A DNA stretch of 61,576 nt, counting the filler, from Gonapodya sp. JEL0774 (Eukaryota): the NCBI GenBank assembly GCA_027604505.1. It is 14 parts of 14 records of this genome, joined end to end, with 100 filler letters (N's around TTAATTAATTAA, not from the genome) between each part and the next. Parts side by side here need not be neighbours in the genome. Positions count along the whole stretch, not along the records: positions 13,247 to 17,558 come from JADIIX010000985.1; positions 17,659 to 21,966 come from JADIIX010000986.1; positions 22,067 to 26,372 come from JADIIX010000987.1; 11 more parts are not named here. One strand, given 5' to 3'. Positions 13,272 to 25,198 of the stretch are shown here, in pieces; the first letter of the stretch is position 1, and each line of letters begins with the position of its first letter. The notes beneath the pieces were generated by a model, which did not search any database, was not told where the DNA came from, and saw only the letters and a program-made list of their open reading frames with translations. Made by a program: the position numbers and the translations under genes.

Positions 13272-13323
13272 TGCGCCAATCGGGAATCGAACCCGAACCT
13301 TTTGCTTGGAAGGCAAATATCCT
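13272..13323 (-). tRNA. 5'-truncated tRNA-Gly(TCC) (3' two-thirds only; fragment or pseudogene)
   Basis: Minus strand reads AGGATA-TTTGC-CTTCCAA-GCAAA-AGGT-TCGGG-TTCGATT-CCCGA-TTGGCGC-A. Anticodon and T stems pair perfectly and the B-box is intact. The 5' acceptor strand and most of the D-arm/A-box are replaced by unrelated sequence. Confidence 0.85.
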
Positions 13324-16300
13324 CTTAAAAATTGCGTTCTGTTGCATTTGCTTTACAGCCACTTGCAAAAAGATTGACACAAGCAATTTTTGGAGACATG
13401 ATTTCTCCATATTTTCCCTGGGTCTGCGCTCCCTATCAACGCATTTCAAACATGTCCCACCTTGAGTTCCTAATTGTTACATTCGTCTCAAACCAACTTG
13501 CTGGCCCCCATCAACGCTCCAGAACGCTTTTCGATGTAAAACAACCTGGTCTACCCCGTAATACAGCTGGGATAGCAGAAATCGGGCCAGTCTTGTTCTG
13601 CCACTTTCACATTCATAACATCGCTGAAGATCTCCTTCGAACACGCGATTGATTGTATAGGTAGCTGATGAATGTTTTTTGCACAAGGATGAGGCCCTGG
13701 AATGAGGCTGTCGGGATGGAGGGGAATGATTGAACAGATTCCGGCAAGGCAGAAACAATCATTCCCTGGACCTGCAAGCAAGATTAAATCTGGAGAAATG
13801 TATTCTCCAGACTTCCTAGCTTCCAAAATGGTTCTTCATGGGCTGATTGTTGAGAAAGTGTGGGTCTGGTTTCTGGGCTCCTCTTCAAATTTGTGCAGCT
13901 TGGATAAACCTTTTTTCAAGCAGCTGTAAAGCAGGCTTGGAGGTGCGAAACTGCATAAAATTCTCAGTGATTGATGATAAGTAACAAGGGATTTCCTGTA
14001 TGTTGGAGGGAGCATGCAGTGACTCCATCCTCTGCAGCTGTTGTTGTTGTTGCAGAATGGATGCATGTCACAAACAGAACAGATCCCCACATCCTTACTA
14101 TAAGTCACCCAACATCATGCAAGTAGCATGGATCACAGTGCAGTAACTAGATGGTAATGTCAGTACACATTATCAAAAAAAGCTACAGTGAGTGCTCTGT
14201 GTAATTTGGTCAAGATGCAGCTGACACATCATGCAACAATGCAGTACTCCTTTCCATATGTCTGTCTGAGTGAGGATGCTTGAAAAGATAATGTCAGATA
14301 AATCTCTCTGTACCATATTGTCAAACCCATATGCTTGAACAGATGTGTCTTGTATTCTGATCATGATCAGCTTACAGCTGTTTGCACAATGGTTGACAGG
14401 AGCCACACACAAGCTGAAAGCCCCAAATACAAAATCAATTTTCTGCACATCCCACCACTTGATGTCTATTCTGAAAACTGTGTCGTCTGGAGAAACACTT
14501 TCTCCATAAACCCCCCCTGTCTGCGCTTCTGCCCATCAAGACATTTCCATTTTCACCCGTTTCCCTCTTCCCAATCGCCATCCTCACCCTTCCCTTGCTT
14601 GTGGCTTCTAAGTCACTTTATATTTATTCCTTGACGTTTTGCCGATGTCAAATGATCTCAAGGACAGATTCTGATGGGATGAATGAAATGGCTCCATATG
14701 TTCACTGTTTGAGATGGGTGTTTTCGGACTTGGAAATTGGCAAAGCCCCAGAAACGCATGTGTATACACTCTGCAAAGCTATCTGTAGCTAGTGACTTGC
14801 ACAGAATTTGTGTTAGGCAGTACAATGTACAATGAGTGTCATTACGCGACATAAAACAGACTCTTCTGCCACTTCACATGACCATTTGAGCTGCCAAACT
14901 GCAGAATCAGCTCCTCTTGAAGGTCTGAAATCCACAACAGGGTTGACAACTTGCCAGCTTTGGTTGTCAGATTGATGCTTCAGCATCCACTGTGGACTAC
15001 CACCACACTGCAAGTGCCCATGTGATCTTGGGGAAGTCTGATCGCATCCAGACATCAAATTATAAGTAGATAGCAGATAATGAGCCTCAAATGATGCCCG
15101 CGAGCCATGGAACAGGTGGGATGGCAGTTGCGAAGGTGAATATGGAAATGTCTTCATGGGGAGCCAAGACAAAGGAGATTTACAGAGAAAAGGTTTCTCC
15201 AGACAATGCCGTTTTCAGAATGGAAAAAAAGCTGCAGGAAGTGGAGAAAATTGAATATTACGGGTTTCTGGCTTGCAGAGTTCCTGGCTGTACAAATAGC
15301 CCAAAGAGAACTGCAAGTGATTAACACGATATCAAAAGTCACCAGTGCATAATCATATATTTCAATTTGAGGCTTCACAGATCTATTTAGGACCAGAACA
15401 GCTGATACAATGAAAGGCATCAGACTCCTGAGATTTCATCTTGAAATTTGTGCCAGGAGATCAATAGGATGGCAAGGTTGCTACCAAAACCTCATTTGTA
15501 TAACTATGTGGAGTTTATTGCAATCTGTAACATATAATGCTCATGTCTCTAAGTTTGTGGAGGGGAGGTCCTACTAGGTGGGGGCTTTAGTGTGTAGCTA
15601 GCTCTGAGATGTACTTAGCACCTGTGATGGTTTGAGGGGAATACTGAAAACATTTGTCTATTGATGAAACAACTTGTTTCTCTCTTAGTTTAGTGGGGAA
15701 AACAAGCGGTTTGTATGGGCCAAATCTCAGATGCTAACACTAGATTAAGCTAAAGAGTTATCCTGCTCCCCAGTGTTCCAGAGTGTTTTACCAGATAAAT
15801 ATTCTGGAATCTGAAGGAGAACTCATCATAATATATTGTCCATATATCTGATGATCATCAGTGACCCTGACTCTTGCTGCTGGTCCGCGGGAAACTACAA
15901 CATACATTAACATGACATTGGAAAAACAACTTTTTAAAAAAAGGTTCCTTGGTGACTTAGAGTATCCAACACCTGCTAGTGGTGGCTGTTCATGCCATAG
16001 TAGTGATGAAGATGGATGGAGGAACAAAGATTGTAATAGAGAGGAATGGTGGAGGTGGCATCAAAAGGGTTAATCAAGGAAATACAACCTGGCACTGGCA
16101 TCGACTGCAACTGAAAAGCCAGCGGAGGTGGAGCCTGAGTTGGCACAATGAGAGGCGGTATTGGAGTGCAGGGAGGAGTTGGGGGATGGTGGCTGTAAAC
16201 AAAAGCCAGAGGGTGAAAATCGTACAACTCATACTCCAATGTCATGTCAGAATCAGAAGCACAATCCTCGGACAAATGTGTGGTGAAAGCAGCAATAGAC

Positions 16301-16930
16301 TCTGTTTTGGAAAGGTCTGGAGGAGACACAGCGTTGCTCCAGTCGTAATGAACAAGGCAGACGGATTGTGATGGAGGCACAGGCATAAGATTGCAAGTGC
16401 GGAAGAATTCAGCCGGTTTGACAGTAATCACACACCCCGAAGGCTCCAAGACAGCACAAAAAGCATTCTGGATGATTGGTGATAGTTCCGTCACTGGAAT
16501 TTCCGCCAGAAGACAAGGCTGGGATGCATTATAGCAAGATATTACAGGGTCAAGGGATCCCACAAACAAATACGGCTTTCTCCTACCAGATCAGTATCAA
16601 TGTGTGGGACGTTGAGAGCAAAGACAGTAGAATGTGGTCAACTTGATGCGTGGGTTTGGAGAGCTATTGCGGGTGATTTTGAAGCTCAGAGGGTGTGGGT
16701 TGTTGTTCGAGGTTCCAGGGACAGATTTGAAAGACAGTCGGGCTTACATTCAAATGTACAGGTAAGTTGCCCACACGATAAAGATCAGTGCTCTCCAGTT
16801 TTGTGTCCAGGGTAGCAGGAAAAGCTCTGAGATTGTATGTTTCTAGTGTGTTTTTCAAAGAATTGTGGTTAATTATGGAGGGTTTCTGGTTCTGTACTTT
16901 TTGTGTTTCTAACGTGTTTTAAAGCTAATT
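13324..16930 (-). mobile_element. Degenerate, CpG-depleted repeat / transposon-like relic
   Basis: Very few CpG with TpG/CpA excess and no recognisable spliced host gene. Broken minus-strand frames: one frame spans 14108-13551 interrupted by a single TGA and ends in a PHD-like Cys/His cluster; a CQLHLDQ (CxxH) motif lies at ~14226. The right boundary is approximate. Confidence 0.5.
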
Positions 16931-17658
16931 GATGCATTTATAGCCGTTTCAGAAAAGGTTGGCCCCACCCCGTTTCCCCACACGTTTTTGTCCTCATATC
17001 GTCGAAAATAAAATTTTCAATTTCCCGCTCATTGTCTGTCCAATCTCCATCGCTCGCCATATAATATCGATTTTACCCATCGATCCCGCCCTTCCTGGCC
17101 CTTCCGCGTTGCGATTCCATTCCTTAGTGTGCTGATGATTCAAACGAAAAAGATTTGGAGCCGTTACCGTTCTGGTAAGTCTGCGTTCGCTTCCGTTTTC
17201 TCTTCCATACATTCATTATAGTTGATTGGACCGGTTGATGTGATGGACTCGTGGTGTGGTCGGGAGGAGGATCCGAGCATTGTTCTCCTCGGACCATAAC
17301 TGGCGTGTTCTGCGGAATTGTGGATGGAGAATCGCAGGATCCCATTACTAGGATATCTTGCATGTCCTATGCAACAATGAAGTGGCGGCAGGTGGAGTTC
17401 AGAATTACCGATGGTGATGTTGCCGGTGTACCAGATATGAAGAAATTGGAGGAAAACCCAGATTTGAGCGGGGATGTACAGGAGGAAACGTCTTTCCAAC
17501 TTTTGTATGTGCAGGAGGTTCTAATAAACTGTTTGGAATCACTCATTAGCTTCCTCCTNNNNNNNNNNNNNNNNNNNNNNNNNNNNNNNNNNNNNNNNNN
17601 NNTTAATTAATTAANNNNNNNNNNNNNNNNNNNNNNNNNNNNNNNNNNNNNNNNNNNN

Positions 17659-19336
17659 TCCACCACACCCCTCTCCATCCTCTCTGGCGGGAACCACAAG
17701 TAACCCAGGGGTAACCGGTGTTCCGCGACGGTGGCCGCGTGGCGGAGCTCGGCGAACCCTGCGTCGGCGAGGAGGGCGGTGCCCGAGGGGGACACGAGGA
17801 CGTTGGAGGCGCGGAGGGAGGTGTGGACGAGGTTGTGCCGGTGGAGGTGGGTGAGGGCAAGCGCTAGGGAGTGGATCTGGGAGGGGGGGACGTTGGTGAG
17901 GGTGGTGGTGGTGTAGAATCGGCACATGGCATCGGAAAAGCGATGGTACGATCCTCCGAGCCAGGTCCCAGGTCCCACGTCCCACCTCCACCTCCACCTC
18001 CACGTCCGCGTCCACCCACCATCTGCAACCGATCCGCGCCAGGATTCTTTTTCAAGTAGTCGATCACGTTGCCGTTTTCGTAGTACGGCAGGACCGTCAT
18101 GGGGCTATCGGGACCGTCCAGGACCGCGCCGAGGGTTGTGCACAGGTTGGGGTGGGTGAGGTGGGGGTGGAGGGAGAGGAGGGACGAGGTGAAGAGGGTC
18201 TGGGGTGGGAGGAAGTGGGAGAAAAAAGAGGAACTCGGACGGATGACGGATGGCAACACACAAAAAGGAAGAATATACCTGTGTCTGGTCCGCCTCCCCG
18301 TTGCCTATCCGTCTGACCTTCTTCACCGCGACCCTGTTCCCCTTGTACACACCGTCGTACAAGTCCGCGAAATCACCCGAGCCGATATGGTTCCGCAGGG
18401 TGGCTTCGGAGGCGAAAATTTGCCATGAGTAGTGCTTGTGTTTCGGGGAGGTGGAGGTGGGGGAGGGGGTGGGGAGTGTGGGGGTTGAGAGGACGAACTG
18501 GAAAGGGATGGGAAATTGGGATGGGCGGTAGGGTTTGTGTGATTGGGAGATGGTGGAGGGATGAGATGGCACAGAAGGTCCATCATCAGCGTCGTAGCCG
18601 CACCACCCCACAAGAACGTGTCCAATTCCAACTCCAACAGCGCTCCCCTCTTCAAGAGGATCCCAACCTCAGCCGCCGTACCCAAAGCCCCAGCCCCCCC
18701 TACTCGAGGAATGAGATGGCAAAGAATGTCCGTCACCAGCTACGAAAGTGTCGAATTCCAACACCAACAGCGCTCCCCTCTTCAAAAGAATCCTAACCCT
18801 CAACCGCCACACCCAAAGCGCCAACCCCACCCCACCTCCCCACTCACATGGTAATCCGCTATGATCCGTTGCAATTGAACATGGAACTCCTTGATATCGT
18901 TGGCGGTTTTCTGGCTGAATGTCAGCGACCCTCCAGCGCGTGCGGTGGTCGAGAGCTCTTGCGCCCAGGCACGGAACGATTCGAGAAATCTGAGGGGGAA
19001 AAAAGAGAGGTGTTTTGTCCAGATGGAATGAGTGTATGCATAGTTCAAGTGAGGGGGGCACACGAATTGGGGGACGCGGGAAAGCGTACGGTACATTTGG
19101 AGAAGGTTGAGACAAGACTTTGATCGCTTTGGCAATTCAGACAGATTGAGCAGAATTGCTTTTGAAGCGAGAAACGAACTGAGAGAATTCAGTCTGGATT
19201 GCAGACTCTGCAGATATTTGTGGTTTGAAGTTGAGGACGAGAGAATCAGAGAAATTTGATGAGCGAGCGTGGAACAAATCTGGACTGCGGTCGAGAGTCC
19301 ACTCGGATCATTCAATTGCAAAGTTAACTCGGACAT
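17659..19336 (-). CDS. MLKL-like protein: N-terminal helical bundle + TKL-type pseudokinase, 3'-partial
   Basis: Spliced product MSELTLQLNDPSGLSTAVQICSTLAHQISLILSSSTSNHKYLQSLQSRLNSLSSFL...LNLLQIFLESFRAWAQEL...NDIKEFHVQLQRIIADYHF, then WQIFASEATLRNHIGSGDFADLYDGVYKGNRVAVKK...HPNL...PYYENGNVIDYLKKNPGADRLQM...VHTSLRASNVLV...LADAGFAE...WFPPE. Confidence 0.8.
18545..18830. repeat. Diverged two-copy tandem duplication (~130-150 bp unit) inside the kinase intron
   Basis: ATGAGATGGCA.AGAA.GTCC.TCA.CAGC and AATTCCAAC.CCAACAGCGCTCCCCTCTTCAA.AG.ATCC.AACC...ACCCAAAGC each occur twice. Confidence 0.85.
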
Positions 19337-19577
19337 GGGGAGAAATCTCCACTTGGGCTGCGGTGGGTGCGAGAACGGGAAGGGGTTCTGATCGGCTGTG
19401 GATGCCCGCCTCCCCGTATGCAGGACCACCACGCATACGCCAGGAAACAAACCCACTTTTTCACGTTCTTTGGGAACGTGTGATGGTGGAACAAGATTTA
19501 GCTTCTATCACAAATTCAGAAAAACATATATATATACACGACTGCAAAAGCACCAAGGTTGCTCTTGTCCCAACAAA

Positions 19578-21940
19578 TCACTGCGCATTCATCATCCTAT
19601 CTTCTCGGGTACGCTGTGCACGAAACCTTTCTCGCTGTTCTTCGCTCAGGCCGTTCAGAAACCCTTCAAAGTACTCGATGTGCGGTTTCAGCGACGTTTT
19701 GGTGTAGTCGGCATCGCCCACCCTGTCGGGATATTTGGCGTTGAATTCGTTGATTTCCCGCACCAGATCCGACACTTTCGGCACCATGAGGGGATTGAAG
19801 TTGTCGCAGTCGGTGGGGTCCATGGGAACGCAAACATTGCCTGTGCAGTGTCGGAAGGAACGCGTGTTCAGCTACGGCTCAAAAATACTTGGGGTACTGT
19901 TCAGGTGCTTCACACTCACCGGTTTTCTTTGTGAGGTTTGGGCCGAAGCGAGAGTGGTGGGAAGTACCGTCAGCCACAAAATCCCCCCAAATGAAACGCC
20001 AAACACTCGGTCCTGTCTCACCGGGTGTATGCAAAACGGAGCCTTCAAAAGGTGATTTAGCCCAGTCGTGACGTGGTCGTCCAGGCGCGGGTCTAAACCA
20101 ACCAAATGATGCCAGGAAACCAATCATCAAACACCTTCCACCCAACCCCTCTCACACCTCCGAAACACCACGAGACAACTCACAAGTGTACTGAAACTTG
20201 ATATCCCGCACAAAGGTTTGAAGTCCGCCCTTTTTCTACAATCGTAATCACTTCTCAGACTCCGTTCAAATCTTCCCCCGAACGTGTCAGACAAACAAGA
20301 CCTCCTCCTCACCTTCTTTCCTGCGCTCTCATTTATCTCCGTCTCCAGATCCTCCCACCTCTCTCTGGAACTCCAGCCACCGTCTTTACTCCATCGAGTG
20401 TCCAACGTGTTCCGAACGGCCTCGTCGGGGATGAGCTGCAGGACCTTTGTCCAGCGTTCCTTGTCACTTAATATCGCCTGCTTCTCCAAGATGGACTTGG
20501 AGAAGAAGGAGTCGACGAGGCGGAAGGAACGCCTGGGCGGGTGGTGCCATACGTCATATGTGGGTTCATCCTCCCTTGCGCCGCGCAGAAATAAATCCTT
20601 CCATGAAACAGACTCACATCAATGCCACGTGCATGTGCGTGGGAAGGTTCACTTTCCTATTTTGTTGTTCACCTCCCTACCCGACCCACAGCACGTGCGA
20701 GGTGAGCAGGCGATGTCATTCCACTCGGCGAGCAAAATCCCCGACTTCACTTACCTTGACCACTTCAACAAACGCCACGATGGCCCGCCGAGCATCTGCG
20801 CCGAGCTTCCGCGCGCTTTCGTCACACACCCAGCAATGCACACCACGGCGACCACTGTACACCCAAAGGAGTTGCTTGAACCCGAAATCCTCTGTTGCAA
20901 GAAAATGCGACGTGGGGCGGGTTTCAGGTTTTGCGATGGGTACGACGAGGAAGAGCGTAACTCACCTCGTAAAACGGAATCCAGAATCTTGATGGATATG
21001 GTCATGAAGTCCCAGCATTTTAGGCATATGTTAGCGCCACTGCCAGTTACGGGGGGAATTGTTGGTGTGTGAACGAGTACGCTGTGAACAAAACACCCAA
21101 ATGCCCGTTTCAAGACGAACCTGCAGCACGTTCGGATCTCATCGTAATCCGTCATATCGATATCAAAGACCAACTCTCGCTCTTGAGGCTGGAATGCAGA
21201 AGGTTTGACGCTCTTCCGGTCTTTTGGCTGAGAGTCCACAACACACAACATCACACTGTCGGTCAGCACCACGTCCCAACGCACCAAACCTTCACATCCT
21301 CTTTCAAAAAGTCCCACCTTGCTATTGTACACCGCGCCAATATCGATTTTGACGGGACATAACCGCCATATCTCCTGCTTCAGTTCGTCCTCGTCCTTGA
21401 ACGATTGGAATCGAAGGTAGGCGTCCGAGGCCAGGGTGAAGCTGAGCTCACGGTAGGCGAAGTAATTTTTCTGGACTGGTAAACCCGCAGCGATCCCGAG
21501 CGTCAAATCATTGGGAGGATGCCGAAGTAAAGGTGAAGTCCGAATCTCACCACCATCGTAACTGAGCCACCGCTGAAAGAGTTTGAAAGGGAAAAGGGAG
21601 CGGTAATACACCTGCAGATGCTCCAAGAACGTTCCGTCGCTCAGCTCCAGGCTGGATGGAGAGAATGCAGGTGGGGTGAGGACTCGACACACTGCCCGGG
21701 TCAATCCCTCGATTGATTTGGGACGAACAGACGCACCGAGGAGCGAATTTCTTCTCCGGTAAATTCTGATCGACAGATTTGACCTTTTCCGGAACGTCAA
21801 GGCTCTCTAGGACCGCGTCGGGGAGCGCTTCACCGAACTCGTCGACTGTTGGATTCGCAAATCCAAGTCTGTGAGTGGGGTTTCGGAGCTCCAAGTCCGG
21901 GAAACAAACGTAAAGATGAATTGAGACACGTGCCTTCCAT
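19578..21940 (-). CDS. PRI1: DNA primase small (catalytic) subunit, multi-exon
   Basis: [100 protein letters not shown]. Start position uncertain. Confidence 0.95.
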
Positions 21941-22066
21941 GATTTGATTGAAACGGAGTGATGAACNNNNNNNNNNNNNNNNNNNNNNNNNNNNNNNNNN
22001 NNNNNNNNNNTTAATTAATTAANNNNNNNNNNNNNNNNNNNNNNNNNNNNNNNNNNNNNNNNNNNN

Positions 22067-22784
22067 CTATACTGGAATATCTGGAAGAAGTAATTCCGGA
22101 TCGTCCTTTGTTGCCCAGTGACCCAATTCTTCGTGCTCAGGTAGGACAGAGATGCTGATCCTTTATGTGATAATCGCATTTCCATTGATCCGTTCACACG
22201 TACCATTGTTGCGTGTTTCTCTGTCCTCTCACTATGTTTTCAGGTCCGCTCTCTTGTGTCCATCATCGTTTCCGACATCCAACCCCTGCAAGCACTCCGG
22301 ACATTGGGGCGATTCAAAGGCGTGGACCCTAACAACGCTGATAGTCGTCGTACAGCTGCTGCGGATATCACCGAAGAACGATTTCATGGTACGAATTACA
22401 AGCAGATGTTGTAACTTGTTAGGAACATTCCCTGTCACTTTGCAGGGCTCGAACGTGCCCTTCAGGCTACTCACGGTCGCTACAGTGTGGGTGAAACCGT
22501 GACAATGGGTGAGTTGGGCGAACTGGCCGGACGTATTGGCCTCTTTACCGTGCCACTCTCGATATGACATGACATTTGGTCCTTGCAAAGCCGATGTCTG
22601 TCTTGTTCCTATGGTCTTCAACGCCTACTCGTACGGTGTCGACATGTCGTTGTTTCCGCTCTCCGCAACAATTTCGGATCGCCTCCTATCAGACCACGAG
22701 GTGTTCCGACAAGCACATCCTAGGAACCAGACAGATAATGAAGAAACATATCCAGACGAAGGGTGGTGGCTGAAGCCTAAATAG
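22067..22784 (+). CDS. Maleylacetoacetate isomerase / glutathione S-transferase zeta, 5'-partial
   Basis: ILEYLEEVIPDRPLLPSDPILRAQVR...IVSDIQPLQ...GRYSVGETVTMADVCLVPMVFNA...FRQAHPRNQTD. Confidence 0.9.
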
Positions 22785-22928
22785 GCGCCCCTTCGGGAAT
22801 ATGAATGGTTGTAGTTACCCAACGGACATCTCTAGGTTTCCATATTTGTTACCGAAGGTTGTCGCATAATTGACTACCGAGTACTGTCTTGTTGGAATGA
22901 TCACACAATGAACAACTTTCGCAAGCTC

Positions 22929-24751
22929 CTACTTCCTCCACCCACGAATCTCTACTTTAGCCTTTTTCGCAGCCAATGTTAGTTCCTGTTGCACGTGTGA
23001 AGACAAACTAGGGTGACCTAGCCCCCATCGATTGTGTAAATGATGAACATCAATCAAGTTAAGTTTCAGTCGCACACTGAAGGCTCCTTCTAACATAAAT
23101 ACAACGTACCGAATATCCAAATCTTCTTCAACCCACACCCTTCCAGAAGGGCTGATGTCAGAGCTTGAGCGCCGTCGTTCCTGATACCTTTATGTCGTTC
23201 ACGGTTCGACATGAGCAGAGGTTCAATAAGATCAAGAGGTGAGGCTGCAAAATCTCACCCCCAATCTCCAACTGCTTCAAAGATCTATTGCGTGTGAGCG
23301 CACATGCAAGAGCGCACACACCATTGTCGACGAGTTCAGTCCCTTTCAACAGGTAGAGCAAACCATTGAATGAATTTCCGATACAAAGGGGTCAGCTCAT
23401 TTCACGATAGCAATTCGGGATAGCTCACCCCACATCACAAGGTGCTCCAATCCCGTGTTCACACCTAGTGCCGCACCGACTGTCAGCTCGTATCCTGGCT
23501 GGATTACGTTATCTACGAGGAAACGCCGTGAATTAATTTCGAGCAACGGAACGAGGAGTCACGCGTGAAGATCGAGATGCACTTCTGGGGTGGCGAACAA
23601 CGTACGGTCGACATAGAGCTTCTTGAGTGTGCTGTTGCTCTTCAATCCGTCCATGAGGATGTTCACTTCGCAATTATTCCCTGCAGTTGCAGTGGAGCGG
23701 GGTTCCCGTTAAATGAATCAATACTTTTTTTTTATGTCGTGAGTACGTACCAGTAACACACAGAGAATTTAATGATGTGTTGCGTTTCAATAGATTCGAG
23801 AGTGCCCACATAGAATCCCGGCCCAGTTTATTCGCTAAAGTGATTGGAACGGAATTACAGTGATTGGTTACGTCTGTGTTATCGAGGCTGCCCACATCTG
23901 GATGAAACAGACCCACTTCGCAAATTTAGCTCTTCCAGTGAATGGTTACGTTGGAGTGCCTTGCAGACCGCCACGCACCCAGCGTCACCAATCAGATTCC
24001 CTGCGCGATAGTCATGAGGAAGCGAACATTTTGAAGCGGGACTTGCATTTACCAACGAACCAGCCAGAAGGAGTTTCGCTATGGAGGACGACGCTTCAAG
24101 CCCTTGGGCGAGCCCTACGGCACCTTGAGGTCCGATTTGCTGCCCTTAAAAGCATCCCACATTGCTCAAGCAAGACTTGCGCATGGTATCCGCGAGGAGA
24201 AGCAATCTGGCACCTCACATACAAGATAGATCAAGTTCTCTCAGGAAATGACCATTGGTAAGAAGGGATCGAAGAAATCGGCTCCAATGACATTCGGGCT
24301 GGGACTCCAAGGACCGAAAGGACCATGTAAAGAAGTCGTAGTAGCTTTGTTGTCTTCTTTGTTGTGGGGTGAGATATGGGGTATCGTCGGGTTTCGCTGT
24401 TCGGTTGATGCATCATTGAGTCCAGAGTGCCAAGAAACTTCAATCACCACAGGCGCTGTTTTGCATCCAGGTCGCACAGACCTTGCCGGACTCACAGAAA
24501 TCAAATGCTACAGATCGAATGACAGCTCTTTGAGGGAAGGAACTCGCGATTCGTTCCAGTTGCTTGTACGAACCCAGACGCAACTTCCCGTACAAAACGT
24601 CCTCGGCAGCTTCGTTCCATGTTCTACAAACGAGGGCGAATGCGACAAGAGGTGATCGATCCAAATTGGTCCGTCCGCCCTTTTTGGGGCATGTAACAAC
24701 GTATTGGATGATTATTCGGAGAACATCGTAGGGAAGTTGAATAGTCGCCAT
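22929..24751 (-). CDS. F-box + RNI-like leucine-rich repeat protein, multi-exon
   Basis: QLPYDVLRIIIQYV...FALVCRTWNEAAEDVLY; RNI-type repeats LSNLLKRNTSLNSLC and VDNGVCALACALTRNRSLKQLEI. Confidence 0.75.
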
Positions 24752-25198
24752 TGGTATGGGGACAGTGTCCCGCTGAGATCAAAAACAGGAATCGAATGCA
24801 GTATTCCCGGCGATGCCCCTTGCTTTGATTCTTTCGCATGGACGGCAGAATCAAAACCATGGCAAAGGAATGTAGAGTTCCTCGGCAAAATGACGTGAAG
24901 TACCGAAAACAGGCTGAATTTGCCCCCACACACGCGCCGATCTGTTGATGCCATCGACTGTGTTGATGGATAGACATGAGAGTTGATTTATTCCTCCTAC
25001 TGCTGCAATCTTGCGCATTCATTCCATCCACACCACCCGATCAGAATATATGATGCACGGGCTGAACATTTTCTGGGACCCTTTATATTCATTTGTCACA
25101 ATCAAATCATGGTAAACAAGAATGCCACTGTGAACCAACTACATTCCAAGCGGTGTTGGAGGAGGAAGGTACAGTATACTGGTATAGTCGTACGCAGT

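Noticed and set aside
13272..13323. Functional or intron-split tRNA-Gly gene
   Set aside because: The break is in the D-loop rather than at the canonical 37/38 intron site, and no matching 5' half was found in the contig; kept only as a fragment.
13325..16925. TTAA at both ends of the relic as a Kolobok/piggyBac target-site duplication
   Set aside because: The sequences inside the two TTAA sites are not inverted repeats of each other.
17251..17558. Open frame running into the contig end (MSYATMKWRQVEFRITDG...)
   Set aside because: Could be a gene start but is too short and has no recognisable motif.
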